The notes under the pieces were generated by a model. The model ran no database searches, was not told the origin of the DNA, and saw only the letters and a list, made by a program, of their open reading frames with translations. Positions 40,069 to 49,605 of a stretch of 64,000 nt of DNA are shown here, piece by piece. The position numbers and the translations under genes are program-made. The stretch is from Thermoleophilia bacterium UBA6103 (lineage in GTDB: Bacteria; Actinomycetota; Thermoleophilia; UBA2241). The stretch is from assembly GCA_002423545.1 (NCBI GenBank), contig DIWP01000001.1, forward strand, positions 25,171-89,170, written 5' to 3'. The first letter of the stretch is position 1, and each line of letters starts with the position of its first letter.

Positions 40069-41238
40069 ATGGATGACGAGGTGCTGCCAAGGCGTCTGTG
40101 GCCCGTCATCGGCGCCGACCCGGTGCCTTCGCTGCTGGCCGCCGATGAGCCTGCAGCCCGCTGGGTCACGCTTCGGCGCGTGCTCGGCCGGCCGGAAGAC
40201 GATGCCGACGTTCGGAAGGCACGCCGCGAGGTGCTCGCCGACCCGGGCGTGCAGGATCTGCTGGAGCGGATCCCGGACTGGGAGGCGGCAGACAAGGTCG
40301 GCGGGCACGACAGCCCGCGCTACGCGCCCAACCTCCTCCACCTCCTGGCGGACATGGGCGTCCGGCCCGGCGACGACGACCGTTTCGACGACCTGCTCGA
40401 CGCGTTCGCTCGTCACGAAGACGGTGGCCGGTTCGCGTGCTTCACGCAGTGGCGGCAGATGCCACAGCCGGTCTGGTGCACCCTGCCGTGCGACATGCAC
40501 ATCATCGCCGACATCATGGCGCGTTGCGGCCGCGCCGGTCAGGCCTCGGTGCGCCGTTCGCTGCGGCGGATCCTCGACGATTTCACCGAGACGACACAGG
40601 GCCCGGGCTGGAAGTGCATCCCCGATCCGGTCGTCAAGTTCCGAGGGCCGGGCCGGGTCGGGGACGTGTGTCCGCTGGTCACGCTTGAGGCGCTGCGTCT
40701 GTTCGCGCGGCTCATCGAGCAGCCCGCGGGTGTGACGGCTGCCGGCGCGGACGGGCTTCGCCACGTGACTCCGGCCGTCCGCACCGTGCTCGGCGTCTGG
40801 CGTGACCGTGGCGCCCACAGGCCGTACATGTTCGGTCACGGCCGCAGCTTCAAGACGGTCAAGTGGCCGACGACCTGGTACAGCGTGGCGCTGGTGCTCG
40901 ACGCGGTCGGGCGCTACCCACAGGTGTGGAGCGCCGCTTCGCCCGTTGCCACCGAGGAGGACCGCCGCTCGGTCGCCGAGCTCGCCGCCTCTCTGATCGC
41001 GTACAATGTCGCACTCGACGGCAGCGTGACGCCGCAATCGTGCTACAAGGGTTTCGAGCGCTTCTCGTTCGGTCAGAAGAGGCGGCCCTCGCCGTTCGCC
41101 GCCGCCCGTCTGTTCGCCATCCTGAAACCGTTCGAGGAGCTCGCCGGCGAGATCGCGGCCGTCGACGTCGCGGCGCTTGCCAGCTCGCGCGGTGGCAGCG
41201 GCACCGCCCGCCCTCCGCGCGTTCCGGGCCGTCCGTAG
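40069..41238 (+). CDS. hypothetical protein (389 aa, cytoplasmic, Trp/Cys-containing)
   Basis: Start MDDEVLPRRLWPVIG; good GC3; preceded by an AT-richer 170-nt region. No confident family assignment. Confidence 0.45.
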   Translation: MDDEVLPRRLWPVIGADPVPSLLAADEPAARWVTLRRVLGRPEDDADVRKARREVLADPGVQDLLERIPDWEAADKVGGHDSPRYAPNLLHLLADMGVRPGDDDRFDDLLDAFARHEDGGRFACFTQWRQMPQPVWCTLPCDMHIIADIMARCGRAGQASVRRSLRRILDDFTETTQGPGWKCIPDPVVKFRGPGRVGDVCPLVTLEALRLFARLIEQPAGVTAAGADGLRHVTPAVRTVLGVWRDRGAHRPYMFGHGRSFKTVKWPTTWYSVALVLDAVGRYPQVWSAASPVATEEDRRSVAELAASLIAYNVALDGSVTPQSCYKGFERFSFGQKRRPSPFAAARLFAILKPFEELAGEIAAVDVAALASSRGGSGTARPPRVPGRP

Positions 41239-41305
41239 AGCCGGTCGTCAGATGCGTGGTCGTGGACGCCCTGCGCTCCGGGTCGGACCCGTTCGCCTTG
41301 CCGGG

Positions 41306-43021
41306 TCAGCTCCGCCGGCCGCGTCGCCGGCGGTGCCCGCGGCGGTTGTCGCGGATGGCCTGGCGGGCGGCCTGCCAGCCGGGGATGCCGCTGACCCCGC
41401 CGCCGCCGTGCGCTCCCGCCGAGCCGTTGTAGAGTCCGGTGACCGGTGTGCGGTAGTCGGCGTAGCCGGCTGCCGGACGCATATGGAAGAGCTGGTCGAC
41501 CGAGAGCTCGCCGCCGTAGACGTTGCCGCCGACCAGTCCCAGCTCGCGCTCGAGCTCCCACGGTCCGATCACCTGGCGGGCGAGGACGGCGTTCGGCAGG
41601 TTCGGCGCCATCTCGCCGAGGGCGGCGATGACGCGGTCGGCAAAGGCCTCGACGTCGTCGCGATGCGGCTCACGGTGCCACTCGTGCGGCACCCACTGCG
41701 AGTAGATCGACATGCAGTGGAGTCCCTCAGGCATGAGCGTGTCGTCGGAGACAGACGGGATCGTCACGTCTGCGATGGGATGCTCGGCGGGGCGCCCGGC
41801 GGTAGCGTCGTCGAACGCCGCCTGGACGTACGCTGGTGAGACTGCCAGCTCGATCGAGCCGCGGTGGTACTCTGCCGCGACGTGACTCGCATCGCCACGG
41901 CCGGGGCCTCCGGCGTCCGCCGGCACGCCGCAGGGCGCGCCGGAGAAGCGCGGCAGCTCGGCGATCGCAAGGTTGATCTTGACCGCTCCGCCGCGACACT
42001 TGAAGCGCCGGATGTCTTCGACGAAGTCCGGTGGCAGCGTCGCCGGGTCCAGCAGTCGGAGGAAGGTGAGCCTGGGGTGGACGGTGCTCACCACCACCGG
42101 TGCCCGCAGCTCGCTGCCGTCGGCGAGGACGACGCCGGTGACACGCTCTGAGATCGTACCGATGCGCATGACTTCGGCACCGGTGCGTACCTCGGCTCCA
42201 CCAGCCTCGGCGGCGCGGCGACAGGCAGCAGCCAGACCGCCCATACCGCCACGGGCGAATCCCCAGCCGCCGACATGCCCGTCGCCCGGGTCGCCCATGG
42301 AGAGGTGCAGGAGGACATACGCGGTCCCCGGGGTGTCTGGTCCCGCCCAGGCGCCGACCGCGGCCGTCATCGCCATGAGCGCCTTGAGCTCCTCACTCTC
42401 GAACCAGTCGTCGAGGATCTCATTGATGCTGGCCGTGAAGAGTCGTGTGACGTCGGCCACCCCGCGGACCCCGAGCCTGCGGGCCCGCCAGGCGATCTCC
42501 AGCGTGCCGGCCAGGTCGCTCGGCTTCAGCGAGCCCAGGCACGGCGGTATCTGCGTGAAGATCGGCCAGACGACGTCGGCGATCTGCCCCAGCCATTCCT
42601 CCCAGCGAGCGTAGGCCTCGGCGTCACGACGCGAGACACGCGCGATGCTCGGGTAGCTGCGCTCGGGATCCTCGCTGAGCATCAGACAGCGCCCGTCGGG
42701 GAACGGCACCAAGTAGGGCCCCATGGGGTGGATGCGCAGGCCGTGACGGTGGAGGTCCAGGTCGCGGATGATGCGTTGCGGCATCAGGCCGGCTACGTAG
42801 GAGTACGTGTTGACGCGCCAGTCCGGGTGCTCGGGCCAGGGGGACGACGTGTCGGTACAGCCACCGACGCGCTCACGGCGCTCCAGAACGAGGACTCTGG
42901 CGCCGGCCCCGGCCAGCTTGGCGGCGCAGATCAGCCCGTTGTGGCCGCCACCGATGACGATGACGTCGTACTGATCGCGGGGCACGTGGCCTCCCTCAGT
43001 CGGCCGACCTGTCGTCGCCAC
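41306..43021 (-). CDS. FAD/NAD(P)-dependent oxidoreductase (phytoene-desaturase / amine-oxidase superfamily)
   Basis: N-terminal YDVIVIGGGHNGLICAAKLAGAGARVLVLERRERVGG dinucleotide-binding motif; 571 aa. Confidence 0.8.
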   Translation of the reverse strand: MATTGRPTEGGHVPRDQYDVIVIGGGHNGLICAAKLAGAGARVLVLERRERVGGCTDTSSPWPEHPDWRVNTYSYVAGLMPQRIIRDLDLHRHGLRIHPMGPYLVPFPDGRCLMLSEDPERSYPSIARVSRRDAEAYARWEEWLGQIADVVWPIFTQIPPCLGSLKPSDLAGTLEIAWRARRLGVRGVADVTRLFTASINEILDDWFESEELKALMAMTAAVGAWAGPDTPGTAYVLLHLSMGDPGDGHVGGWGFARGGMGGLAAACRRAAEAGGAEVRTGAEVMRIGTISERVTGVVLADGSELRAPVVVSTVHPRLTFLRLLDPATLPPDFVEDIRRFKCRGGAVKINLAIAELPRFSGAPCGVPADAGGPGRGDASHVAAEYHRGSIELAVSPAYVQAAFDDATAGRPAEHPIADVTIPSVSDDTLMPEGLHCMSIYSQWVPHEWHREPHRDDVEAFADRVIAALGEMAPNLPNAVLARQVIGPWELERELGLVGGNVYGGELSVDQLFHMRPAAGYADYRTPVTGLYNGSAGAHGGGGVSGIPGWQAARQAIRDNRRGHRRRRGRRS

Positions 43022-43188
43022 GGTCGCAGCCTGGTCCGCCCGGCACGTGCGTGTGCTGTCGCTCAGCAGGCTACTTCGTAGGCTAGACAGCGGGCGGACT
43101 GTCCGTCAAGGGTGCCCTGAGCGCTCTGGTGGTCCGCGACAGCCTGGCCGGCGGTCTCGGGGCAGCGTGGGGCATCCGGCCGAACGTG

Positions 43189-44400
43189 TCAGCCGTGGCG
43201 GAACTCCCCGAGTCGGCGGTAGGCGGTCTCGGTGAGCAGATCGCGGATGCCGGCGAGCTTGTCGGAGGTGGACGGTGCCAGCTGCAGACCGGGGAATTCG
43301 GGGACCGCGCGGCCGCCCAGTCGGCGCAGCCACGTCCGGCCACGCAGCACCGGCCGCTTGACACGATACGTTGCGGATTGCGAGGCGACCATCTCCTCAG
43401 GTGAGGCCTCCATCAGCGTGAGGCGTGCGGGGGCAAGCCGCTCGATCAGGTCATAGCCGACGGAGGTCCGGGCGATCAGGTCCGAGACTCCCGGGGACCC
43501 GTAGAAGCGCTCCAGCCACGTGTCGCCGAGTGCGATGTCGGCCGGCTCCACCAGGGCGTCTGCGCAGGTGCGACAACGCGGCTGGATCCAGGCGGCGACG
43601 TAGTGGTCGTAGTAGTCGGCAAAGGACGCCGTGTGCAGGGCGCCGGAGCGTGTGTGGAGGCGCAGCTCGCCGGGCCAGTCCGGGCCGCGGTAGCCCACCA
43701 GGGTCAGCTCGGCGGGGTCGACGCCGATGCGGCGAGCCGCGACGCAGGTGGCACGCGGCAGCATGTTGAAGCCGCAGAAGACGCCGACGGTGAGCGGCAC
43801 GCGTTCACGCAGCACTTGGCTGCGTCGCTGCGCAAGCCGCAGTCCCTGGATGTGGCACGGGAGCCCGACGAAGGCGTAGCGGCCGGGCGAGGCGCGCACC
43901 TCACGCAGCGCCTCGCCGACGGCGACCATGCTGTACTTGGAGCCGCGCAGGGCCGCGACCTCGGCGGTCGAGCGAGCGATCGCCGGCTCGGCCGCCAGTG
44001 GCGTGGCGCGGCTCATGCGGACGCCGATGACGGCATCGACGTCGCCCTGTTCCAGCGCGCCCTGCAGCAGTGCCGTCGCGATGCCCCCTGAGGCGCCGGC
44101 GAAGCGCGTGTCAGGATCGCTGGCCCACCCGTACCACAGCCCGCGATACGGACCGAGGAAGTCGCGGAACGGGGCGTCGCCGTTCCGCTCACGCCACCAC
44201 GCCCCGGAGCCGTAGTCGAATCCGTCGCCGGGGCAGACCTCGTCGCAGACGCCGCAGTCGGTGCAGCGTGCGTGATCGATCTCCGGCAGCCAGCCGTCGC
44301 GCAGCGTCCAGCGCATGCGCAGGGCATCCTGAGGGCACACGCCTGCACAGGTGCCGCACTGGGTGCAGAGCCCGTCGCGGACCACGTGCTCGATCGTCAT
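43189..44400 (-). CDS. coenzyme F420 hydrogenase/dehydrogenase beta-subunit-like (FrhB/FdhB family) Fe-S flavoprotein
   Basis: N-terminal 2x[4Fe-4S] ferredoxin motifs (CTQCGTCAGVCP, CTDCGVCDEVCP) followed by an FrhB-like domain (GASGGIATALL). Confidence 0.7.
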   Translation of the reverse strand: MTIEHVVRDGLCTQCGTCAGVCPQDALRMRWTLRDGWLPEIDHARCTDCGVCDEVCPGDGFDYGSGAWWRERNGDAPFRDFLGPYRGLWYGWASDPDTRFAGASGGIATALLQGALEQGDVDAVIGVRMSRATPLAAEPAIARSTAEVAALRGSKYSMVAVGEALREVRASPGRYAFVGLPCHIQGLRLAQRRSQVLRERVPLTVGVFCGFNMLPRATCVAARRIGVDPAELTLVGYRGPDWPGELRLHTRSGALHTASFADYYDHYVAAWIQPRCRTCADALVEPADIALGDTWLERFYGSPGVSDLIARTSVGYDLIERLAPARLTLMEASPEEMVASQSATYRVKRPVLRGRTWLRRLGGRAVPEFPGLQLAPSTSDKLAGIRDLLTETAYRRLGEFRHG

Positions 44401-44649
44401 GACATGTCACTCCCGGGTCGGGCCACCTGCCTCCCGTCCATGTGAGCGGAGCCTATCGCAGGTGGCCGACGGCGGGCACGCCGGCTCAGGGCGTCGGTCC
44501 TGGGGACGCTCGACCGGCTACCCGCCGTCAGCTATCGTTCGGCCGTCGTGCAGATCGGTGCCCCCGGCCGGTCGACCGGCCCGACAGCGGCGAGCGGACG
44601 GACGCTTCAGCACCGACCATTCTGCAGAGACCGACCCCGGAGCGTGCAG

Positions 44650-45036
44650 ATGAGCGTCACCGCCGCCGTCATCATGATCGCGATCGGGCTGGCCATGGCC
44701 GGGATCTGGACCAGGGACATCGTCGCCGGCGCCGAGGTCGACCGCTCGGCGGGCCTGTTCCGAGCCCGTGAAGCCGGCACCGACTCTCTCTTCTGGCTGC
44801 ACTGGCTGGCCGAGTACGGCACCGCGGCGGCGCTGATGACGGCCGCTGCCGCGCTGCTGGCCGGTGCCGGGTGGGGCCGGCCGCTCGCCTTCCTGGCTAT
44901 CGGCGCGCTGGTCTACTCAGCGACGAACGCCCTTGGCTGGGCCTTCGGACGCCGTGAACGGTACCCGTATGCTGCCCCCATGCTCGTCAGTCTCGTCGGG
45001 GCGATCGCCGTCCTGGTCCTGGTGCTCGCATCCTGA
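44650..45036 (+). CDS. hypothetical membrane protein (4 TM)
   Basis: MSVTAAVIMIAIGLAMAGIW...; hydrophobic, good GC3. Confidence 0.4.
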   Translation: MSVTAAVIMIAIGLAMAGIWTRDIVAGAEVDRSAGLFRAREAGTDSLFWLHWLAEYGTAAALMTAAAALLAGAGWGRPLAFLAIGALVYSATNALGWAFGRRERYPYAAPMLVSLVGAIAVLVLVLAS

Positions 45037-45081
45037 CGGCGTGATCATGGCGATCGACGATGGATCGTCTGTGGCGTCGCT

Positions 45082-45552
45082 TCAAAGCCCGCAGGACAGC
45101 AGCCCCTGCCGCTCGAGGTAGCGCTGGTGGTAGTCCTCGGCGGGCCACCAGGGGCCGGCCGGCACGATCTCGGTGACGATCGGCCGTCTGAAGGCGTCTG
45201 AAGCCTCGAGACGGTCCTTGACGGCGCGTGCCGCCGCCTCCTGCTCCGGTGAGTGGAAGAAGATGACGGAGCGGTACTGGGAGCCGATGTCGGGGCCCTG
45301 CCGGTCCTTCGTGGTCGGATCGTGCAGAGCGAAGAACGTCTCGACGAGCCGTTCGTAGCTCACCGCGTCGGGGTCGAACTCCACCTTGACCGCTTCGGCG
45401 TGGCCCGTCTTGCTGCGGCAGACCTGACGGTACGTCGGTTCCTCCTTGGTGCCACCGGTGTAGCCGACCTCCGTGTCCATGACGCCGGGGACGGTGCGGA
45501 AGCGCGCTTCGACGCCCCAGAAGCACCCGGCGGCGAACGTAGCGATAGCCAT
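45082..45552 (-). CDS. msrA: peptide-methionine (S)-S-oxide reductase MsrA
   Basis: [18 protein letters not shown] (GCFWG active site), YHQRYL. Confidence 0.9.
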   Translation of the reverse strand: MAIATFAAGCFWGVEARFRTVPGVMDTEVGYTGGTKEEPTYRQVCRSKTGHAEAVKVEFDPDAVSYERLVETFFALHDPTTKDRQGPDIGSQYRSVIFFHSPEQEAAARAVKDRLEASDAFRRPIVTEIVPAGPWWPAEDYHQRYLERQGLLSCGL

Positions 45553-45829
45553 CTGCGGCCTTTCGTTGCTGTCGAGTCCAGTCAGTCCGTGGTTGCGTGC
45601 GCCCAAATGCTCTCAAGGTGCGTGTTCCCGCGAACGGCCGCTGCCAAGCCTGCCGATCCCGCATCGCCGGCGCGCGGCGTGGATGGAGCGTGCCGAGGGG
45701 TGTACAGTGTGCGGCGTCGCGTGATGTGGAAGTCGGGCGTCGCCCAGTGTCTGGGCGGGACCGGCTCACGCGGCCGGCCGGTCCGCACAGGACGAAACGG
45801 TCGCTCAGCACAGGAGACGCGAGCCCTCC

Positions 45830-47656
45830 ATGCCCAGCAGCCGACGACGCACCATCCCGGCACCGCTCGCCACGATCGGCTCACTCAAGGCTGCTCCCGG
45901 CCAGCTGCGGGTGCCGCCGGCGGCCAACCTGTTCCTCATGCGCTACCTGCGCTCCTTCCCCGTCCGCAGCGTCGGCGGCAACTGGATCGTCCACTCGCAT
46001 CTGCCGCCGCTCAACAGTCCGGCCTACCGGCGCTTCGTCTCGCTCCACCTGGTGCAGCGGGTCGCCGGTCCATCTCACGCGCAGGTCGGCCTCACCAACG
46101 CCTGTCCGCAGGACTGTGTCTACTGTTACAACAAGCAGCGTCGCGGCCGGTCGCTGGACACCGCCACGATCCTGGACGTCATCGACAGGCTGCAGGACAT
46201 GGGCGTGGTCTGGCTCGGCTTCACCGGCGGCGAGCCGCTGCTCAATCGCGACATCGTGCGCATCACCGAGCGCGCCGCTCGAGGCTGTGCCGTCAAGCTG
46301 TTCACCACCGGGTGCGGGCTCACCACACAGCTGGCGCACGACCTGGTCTCGGCCGGACTCTTCTCGGCGGCCGTCAGCCTCGACAGCCGGGACGCGGCCG
46401 AGCACGACGCGGGTCGCCGCTACCCCGGAGCCTTCGCCGAGGCGTTGCGCGCCATCGAGACCATGAAGCGGACCGAGGGCCTTCATGTGAGCGTCTCGGC
46501 GGTATTCTCGCGGCAGGCCATCGCCGGCGGAGAGGTCGAGCCCTTTCTCGCGTTCCTGGAGGACCTGGGGGTCGACGAGGCATGGCTCAGCGAGGTGAAG
46601 CCTTCGGTGCCCGCCTGCTGCGATGCGACGCAGGTCATCGGTACGCAGGAGCACCGCGACCTCTGCGCGCTGCAAGACAGCTGGAACCGCCGCCGGCCCT
46701 CATCTCTGACCGTCAACTACCTGGGGCACTTCGAGGACGGCTCGACGTTCGGCTGCAACGCCGGGGTCAAGATGGTCTACGTCGACGCGTTCGGAGAGGT
46801 CAGTCCCTGTGTTTTCACACCCATGACGTTCGGCAACGTCACGGAACGGCCGCTGGAGGAGCTCATCGAGGAGATGCGCGGCCACTTCTCCCCCGGCGAC
46901 AGTTGCTGGATCAACGAGCACTACGATGTCCTGCACGAGCTGGCCGGCGATGCGATGATGCTCGATGCGCGACTGAGCGCGGCCGCGGCCGAACGGGCCG
47001 GCGCGGTGTCGCCCCCGGCGTTCGACCGGATCCTCTACGGAAGCGGCGGGGCGGCGGCCGTCGCCCGAGCGGGATCCAAGAGCGGGCGGTCGCCCTGGGG
47101 GGCGCGCTCGACCACGGCGGATGGCGAAGCGTCGGGCGGCGGGCCGGCGAACGGGCGAGGAAGGGGACGGTCGATGACGGCGATCGACAGGGGCGGAGGC
47201 GCCGGCGCGGCCGGCGACCGAGATGCCGCCGGCGCCGACGGCCGGGAACGGCTCATCAGGCTGACCGGTCATCTTCTGGCGGGCACGTTCGCCGCCGTCG
47301 GACTCATCTTCCTGATCCTGCCCGGACGGGTGCTGGCGGCGTTCAACCGGCTTTCGACCGGCATCGGTCTGCCGGCCGCGCCGACTCGGGGCTATGCCTT
47401 CTATCTCGCGCTGGCGGTGGCGTACATGTACGTCGTCACGCTGCTGGCCTGGATGATGGCTCGTCGCCCGTCCGAGCGCGTCTATCCGTGGCTGCTGGTG
47501 CACGCCAAGGCAGCCAGCTCGCTGCTGTCGCTGCTGCTGTTCGCGGTCGATCAGCAGTACCTCATCTACATCGCCAACTTCGTCGTCGACGGCGCCATCG
47601 CCCTGCTGGTCGCCGGTCTGTGTCTGCGACGGGGCGCGCACCGCGATCCGGCATGA
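45830..47656 (+). CDS. radical SAM / SPASM-domain enzyme with C-terminal 4-TM membrane domain
   Basis: GLTNACPQDCVYCYN (CxxxCxxC), GFTGGEPLL, downstream Cys-rich SPASM-like region (PACCD..., FGCNAG..., SPCVF). Residues ~440-608 form 4 TM helices in the same frame. AGGAGA RBS 11 nt upstream of the ATG. Confidence 0.75.
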   Translation: MPSSRRRTIPAPLATIGSLKAAPGQLRVPPAANLFLMRYLRSFPVRSVGGNWIVHSHLPPLNSPAYRRFVSLHLVQRVAGPSHAQVGLTNACPQDCVYCYNKQRRGRSLDTATILDVIDRLQDMGVVWLGFTGGEPLLNRDIVRITERAARGCAVKLFTTGCGLTTQLAHDLVSAGLFSAAVSLDSRDAAEHDAGRRYPGAFAEALRAIETMKRTEGLHVSVSAVFSRQAIAGGEVEPFLAFLEDLGVDEAWLSEVKPSVPACCDATQVIGTQEHRDLCALQDSWNRRRPSSLTVNYLGHFEDGSTFGCNAGVKMVYVDAFGEVSPCVFTPMTFGNVTERPLEELIEEMRGHFSPGDSCWINEHYDVLHELAGDAMMLDARLSAAAAERAGAVSPPAFDRILYGSGGAAAVARAGSKSGRSPWGARSTTADGEASGGGPANGRGRGRSMTAIDRGGGAGAAGDRDAAGADGRERLIRLTGHLLAGTFAAVGLIFLILPGRVLAAFNRLSTGIGLPAAPTRGYAFYLALAVAYMYVVTLLAWMMARRPSERVYPWLLVHAKAASSLLSLLLFAVDQQYLIYIANFVVDGAIALLVAGLCLRRGAHRDPA

Positions 47657-49605
47657 GTGTCCGGCTGGCCGCCCTCGAACGCTGGACCCCCGGCGCACTG
47701 AGCCGGCGCACGCTCGACGAGCTCACAGAGCGGGTGGCGGGCGCATTCGGCGTGCCGCCGCCGGCATGGCCGTCCCGTCGCATGGAAGCGCGCCTGGAGG
47801 AGTTCGCGCGCTTCACGGCGACCGCCGCCGGCTGTACCCGGGAGACTACGGCCGGGGCGACGGCCGGACGCCTGCGGCTGGCAGCCTGTGGGCTCGGCGC
47901 CGATCTGCGCCGTCGGTTGGGCGTGCGGAGTCCGGACGAGGCGCGGCGGGCGCTCCAGCTGCTCTATCGCGAGCTCGGCATCGCGCTGCGCGCCGGGGCC
48001 GACGGGACAGTGACCGTGAGTCGCTGCCGGTTCAGTCGCCACTACTCGCCGGGAGCCTGCCGGCTCATGTGCGCCGTCGACGAGGGGATCGCCGCCGGGC
48101 TCACCGGCGGATGGCGGCTCAGCTTCGACGACCGTCTCACGGAGGGCGCCGCCGCCTGCCGCGGACGTCTGGAGCCACCGCTCCCGGACGCGCACGAGCT
48201 CACCGTTCCGCCGCCCGAGCCCGTCGCAGAACAGCCGATGCCGGGCGGTCCGCCGCCGGCTTCGCGCGCTCGGCGGGGCAGGCCGGTGCGCGCTGTGGTC
48301 GTGGGCAGCGGCGCCGGCGGCGCCACCATGGCTCGCGAGCTCGCCGGGCTCGACGGCGTGCAGGTCACGGTGCTCGAGGCCGGCCGGCGCTTCCGCCCGT
48401 TCACGCTGGACCGTGAGCCGCTGGAACGCGTGCGGTCCAGCGGCCTCTTCTTCGACGAGCGGCTGATCACGGCGCTGTTTCCGGCGATGCGGGTGCAGCG
48501 CGCCGCCGACGGACTGGTGCTGGTCCGCGGCGTGGCTACCGGTGGTACCACGACGCTGGCGACCGGGAACGCGATGCGGCTCGATGCCGGCTTGTCGACC
48601 CTCGGGATCGATCTCACTTCCGAGTACCGGGCGCTGGAGACGGAGCTGGGTGTCACATCGGCCCATCGGGGACGCTGGCGGCCGAGCACTCAGGTCCTCT
48701 GGGACGCCTGTCGACAGGCCGGCCTCGCTCCGCAGCCGACGCCCAAGATGGTCGACTACCGCCGATGCGTGCGCTGCGGTCGCTGCGTGCTCGGCTGCCG
48801 GACCGGGGCGCGCTGGGATGCGCGACGCTTCCTCGACGACGCGTTGGCGCGTGGCGCCACCGTGCTCACCGGAGCGCGGGTGGAGCGGCTGCAGCCGGCC
48901 GGCGACCGCAGCGGCCGGGCCGGCGGTGTCCTCGTGCGCCGGCACGGCCGTCGCGAGCTGGTGTCGGCCGATGTCATCGTGCTGGCGGCCGGTGGTCTGG
49001 GCACGCCCGCCATCCTGGCGCGGTCGGGCGTCGCCACGGAGAACCGCCTGTTCGTCGACCCGGTCCTGTGCGTCGCCGGGCCGTGGCCCGGCGCCGATCA
49101 GGACCGTGAGGTCCCGATGCCGTTCGTCGTCGAGCTCGAGGGCAGCATCGTCTCGCCGTACTTCGATCACCTCAGCTTCTTCTTCGATCGGCGCTGGCGG
49201 CGAGAAGCGTCCGGCCTCGCGTCGCTGATGATCAAGCTGGCGGACAGCGAGGTGGGCGATGTCGGTCGCGGCTCAGTGGCCCGCGGCGGCGTCCGCAAGG
49301 CTCTCACGCCGCGCGATCGCCGACGCCTGAAGGTCGCCGTCGATGCCTGCCGGGATGTCCTCGCGATCGCCGGTATCCCGCCTGAAGAGACCTTTCTCGG
49401 TACCCTGAACGCCGGTCACCCCGGCGGTATGGTGCCACTCACCTCGGAGTCCGTAGCGACCATGCACCCGCGGTCGCTGCCGGCGAACGTGTTCGTCGCC
49501 GACGCCTCACTGCTCCCCGAGTCATTGGGAGCGGCCCCGATGCTGACCATCATGGCGCTGGCCCGTCGCCTGGCCGGGGTGCTGCGCGAGCGCGATGTCG
49601 TCTGA
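47653..49605 (+). CDS. two-domain flavoprotein: N-terminal Cys-containing (V4R-like?) domain + GMC-type FAD oxidoreductase
   Basis: ATGA overlap with the rSAM stop. N-domain ~180 aa with CRFSRHYSPGACRLMCAVDEG. Then VVVGSGAGGATMARELAG (FAD GxGxxG), YRRCVRCGRCVLGCRTGARWDA and C-terminal GTLNAGHPGGMVPL (GMC-like). The V4R assignment is tentative. Confidence 0.7.
   Translation: MSVRLAALERWTPGALSRRTLDELTERVAGAFGVPPPAWPSRRMEARLEEFARFTATAAGCTRETTAGATAGRLRLAACGLGADLRRRLGVRSPDEARRALQLLYRELGIALRAGADGTVTVSRCRFSRHYSPGACRLMCAVDEGIAAGLTGGWRLSFDDRLTEGAAACRGRLEPPLPDAHELTVPPPEPVAEQPMPGGPPPASRARRGRPVRAVVVGSGAGGATMARELAGLDGVQVTVLEAGRRFRPFTLDREPLERVRSSGLFFDERLITALFPAMRVQRAADGLVLVRGVATGGTTTLATGNAMRLDAGLSTLGIDLTSEYRALETELGVTSAHRGRWRPSTQVLWDACRQAGLAPQPTPKMVDYRRCVRCGRCVLGCRTGARWDARRFLDDALARGATVLTGARVERLQPAGDRSGRAGGVLVRRHGRRELVSADVIVLAAGGLGTPAILARSGVATENRLFVDPVLCVAGPWPGADQDREVPMPFVVELEGSIVSPYFDHLSFFFDRRWRREASGLASLMIKLADSEVGDVGRGSVARGGVRKALTPRDRRRLKVAVDACRDVLAIAGIPPEETFLGTLNAGHPGGMVPLTSESVATMHPRSLPANVFVADASLLPESLGAAPMLTIMALARRLAGVLRERDVV

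Noticed and set aside
45253-49605. 1450-aa ORF in the six-frame track
   Set aside because: It spans msrA (opposite strand), an intergenic region, the rSAM gene and the flavoprotein gene in one frame only because stop codons are rare at 70% GC. Its N-terminal 190 codons have no coding signal, and true gene boundaries (ATG+RBS at 45830, ATGA at 47653) lie inside it.
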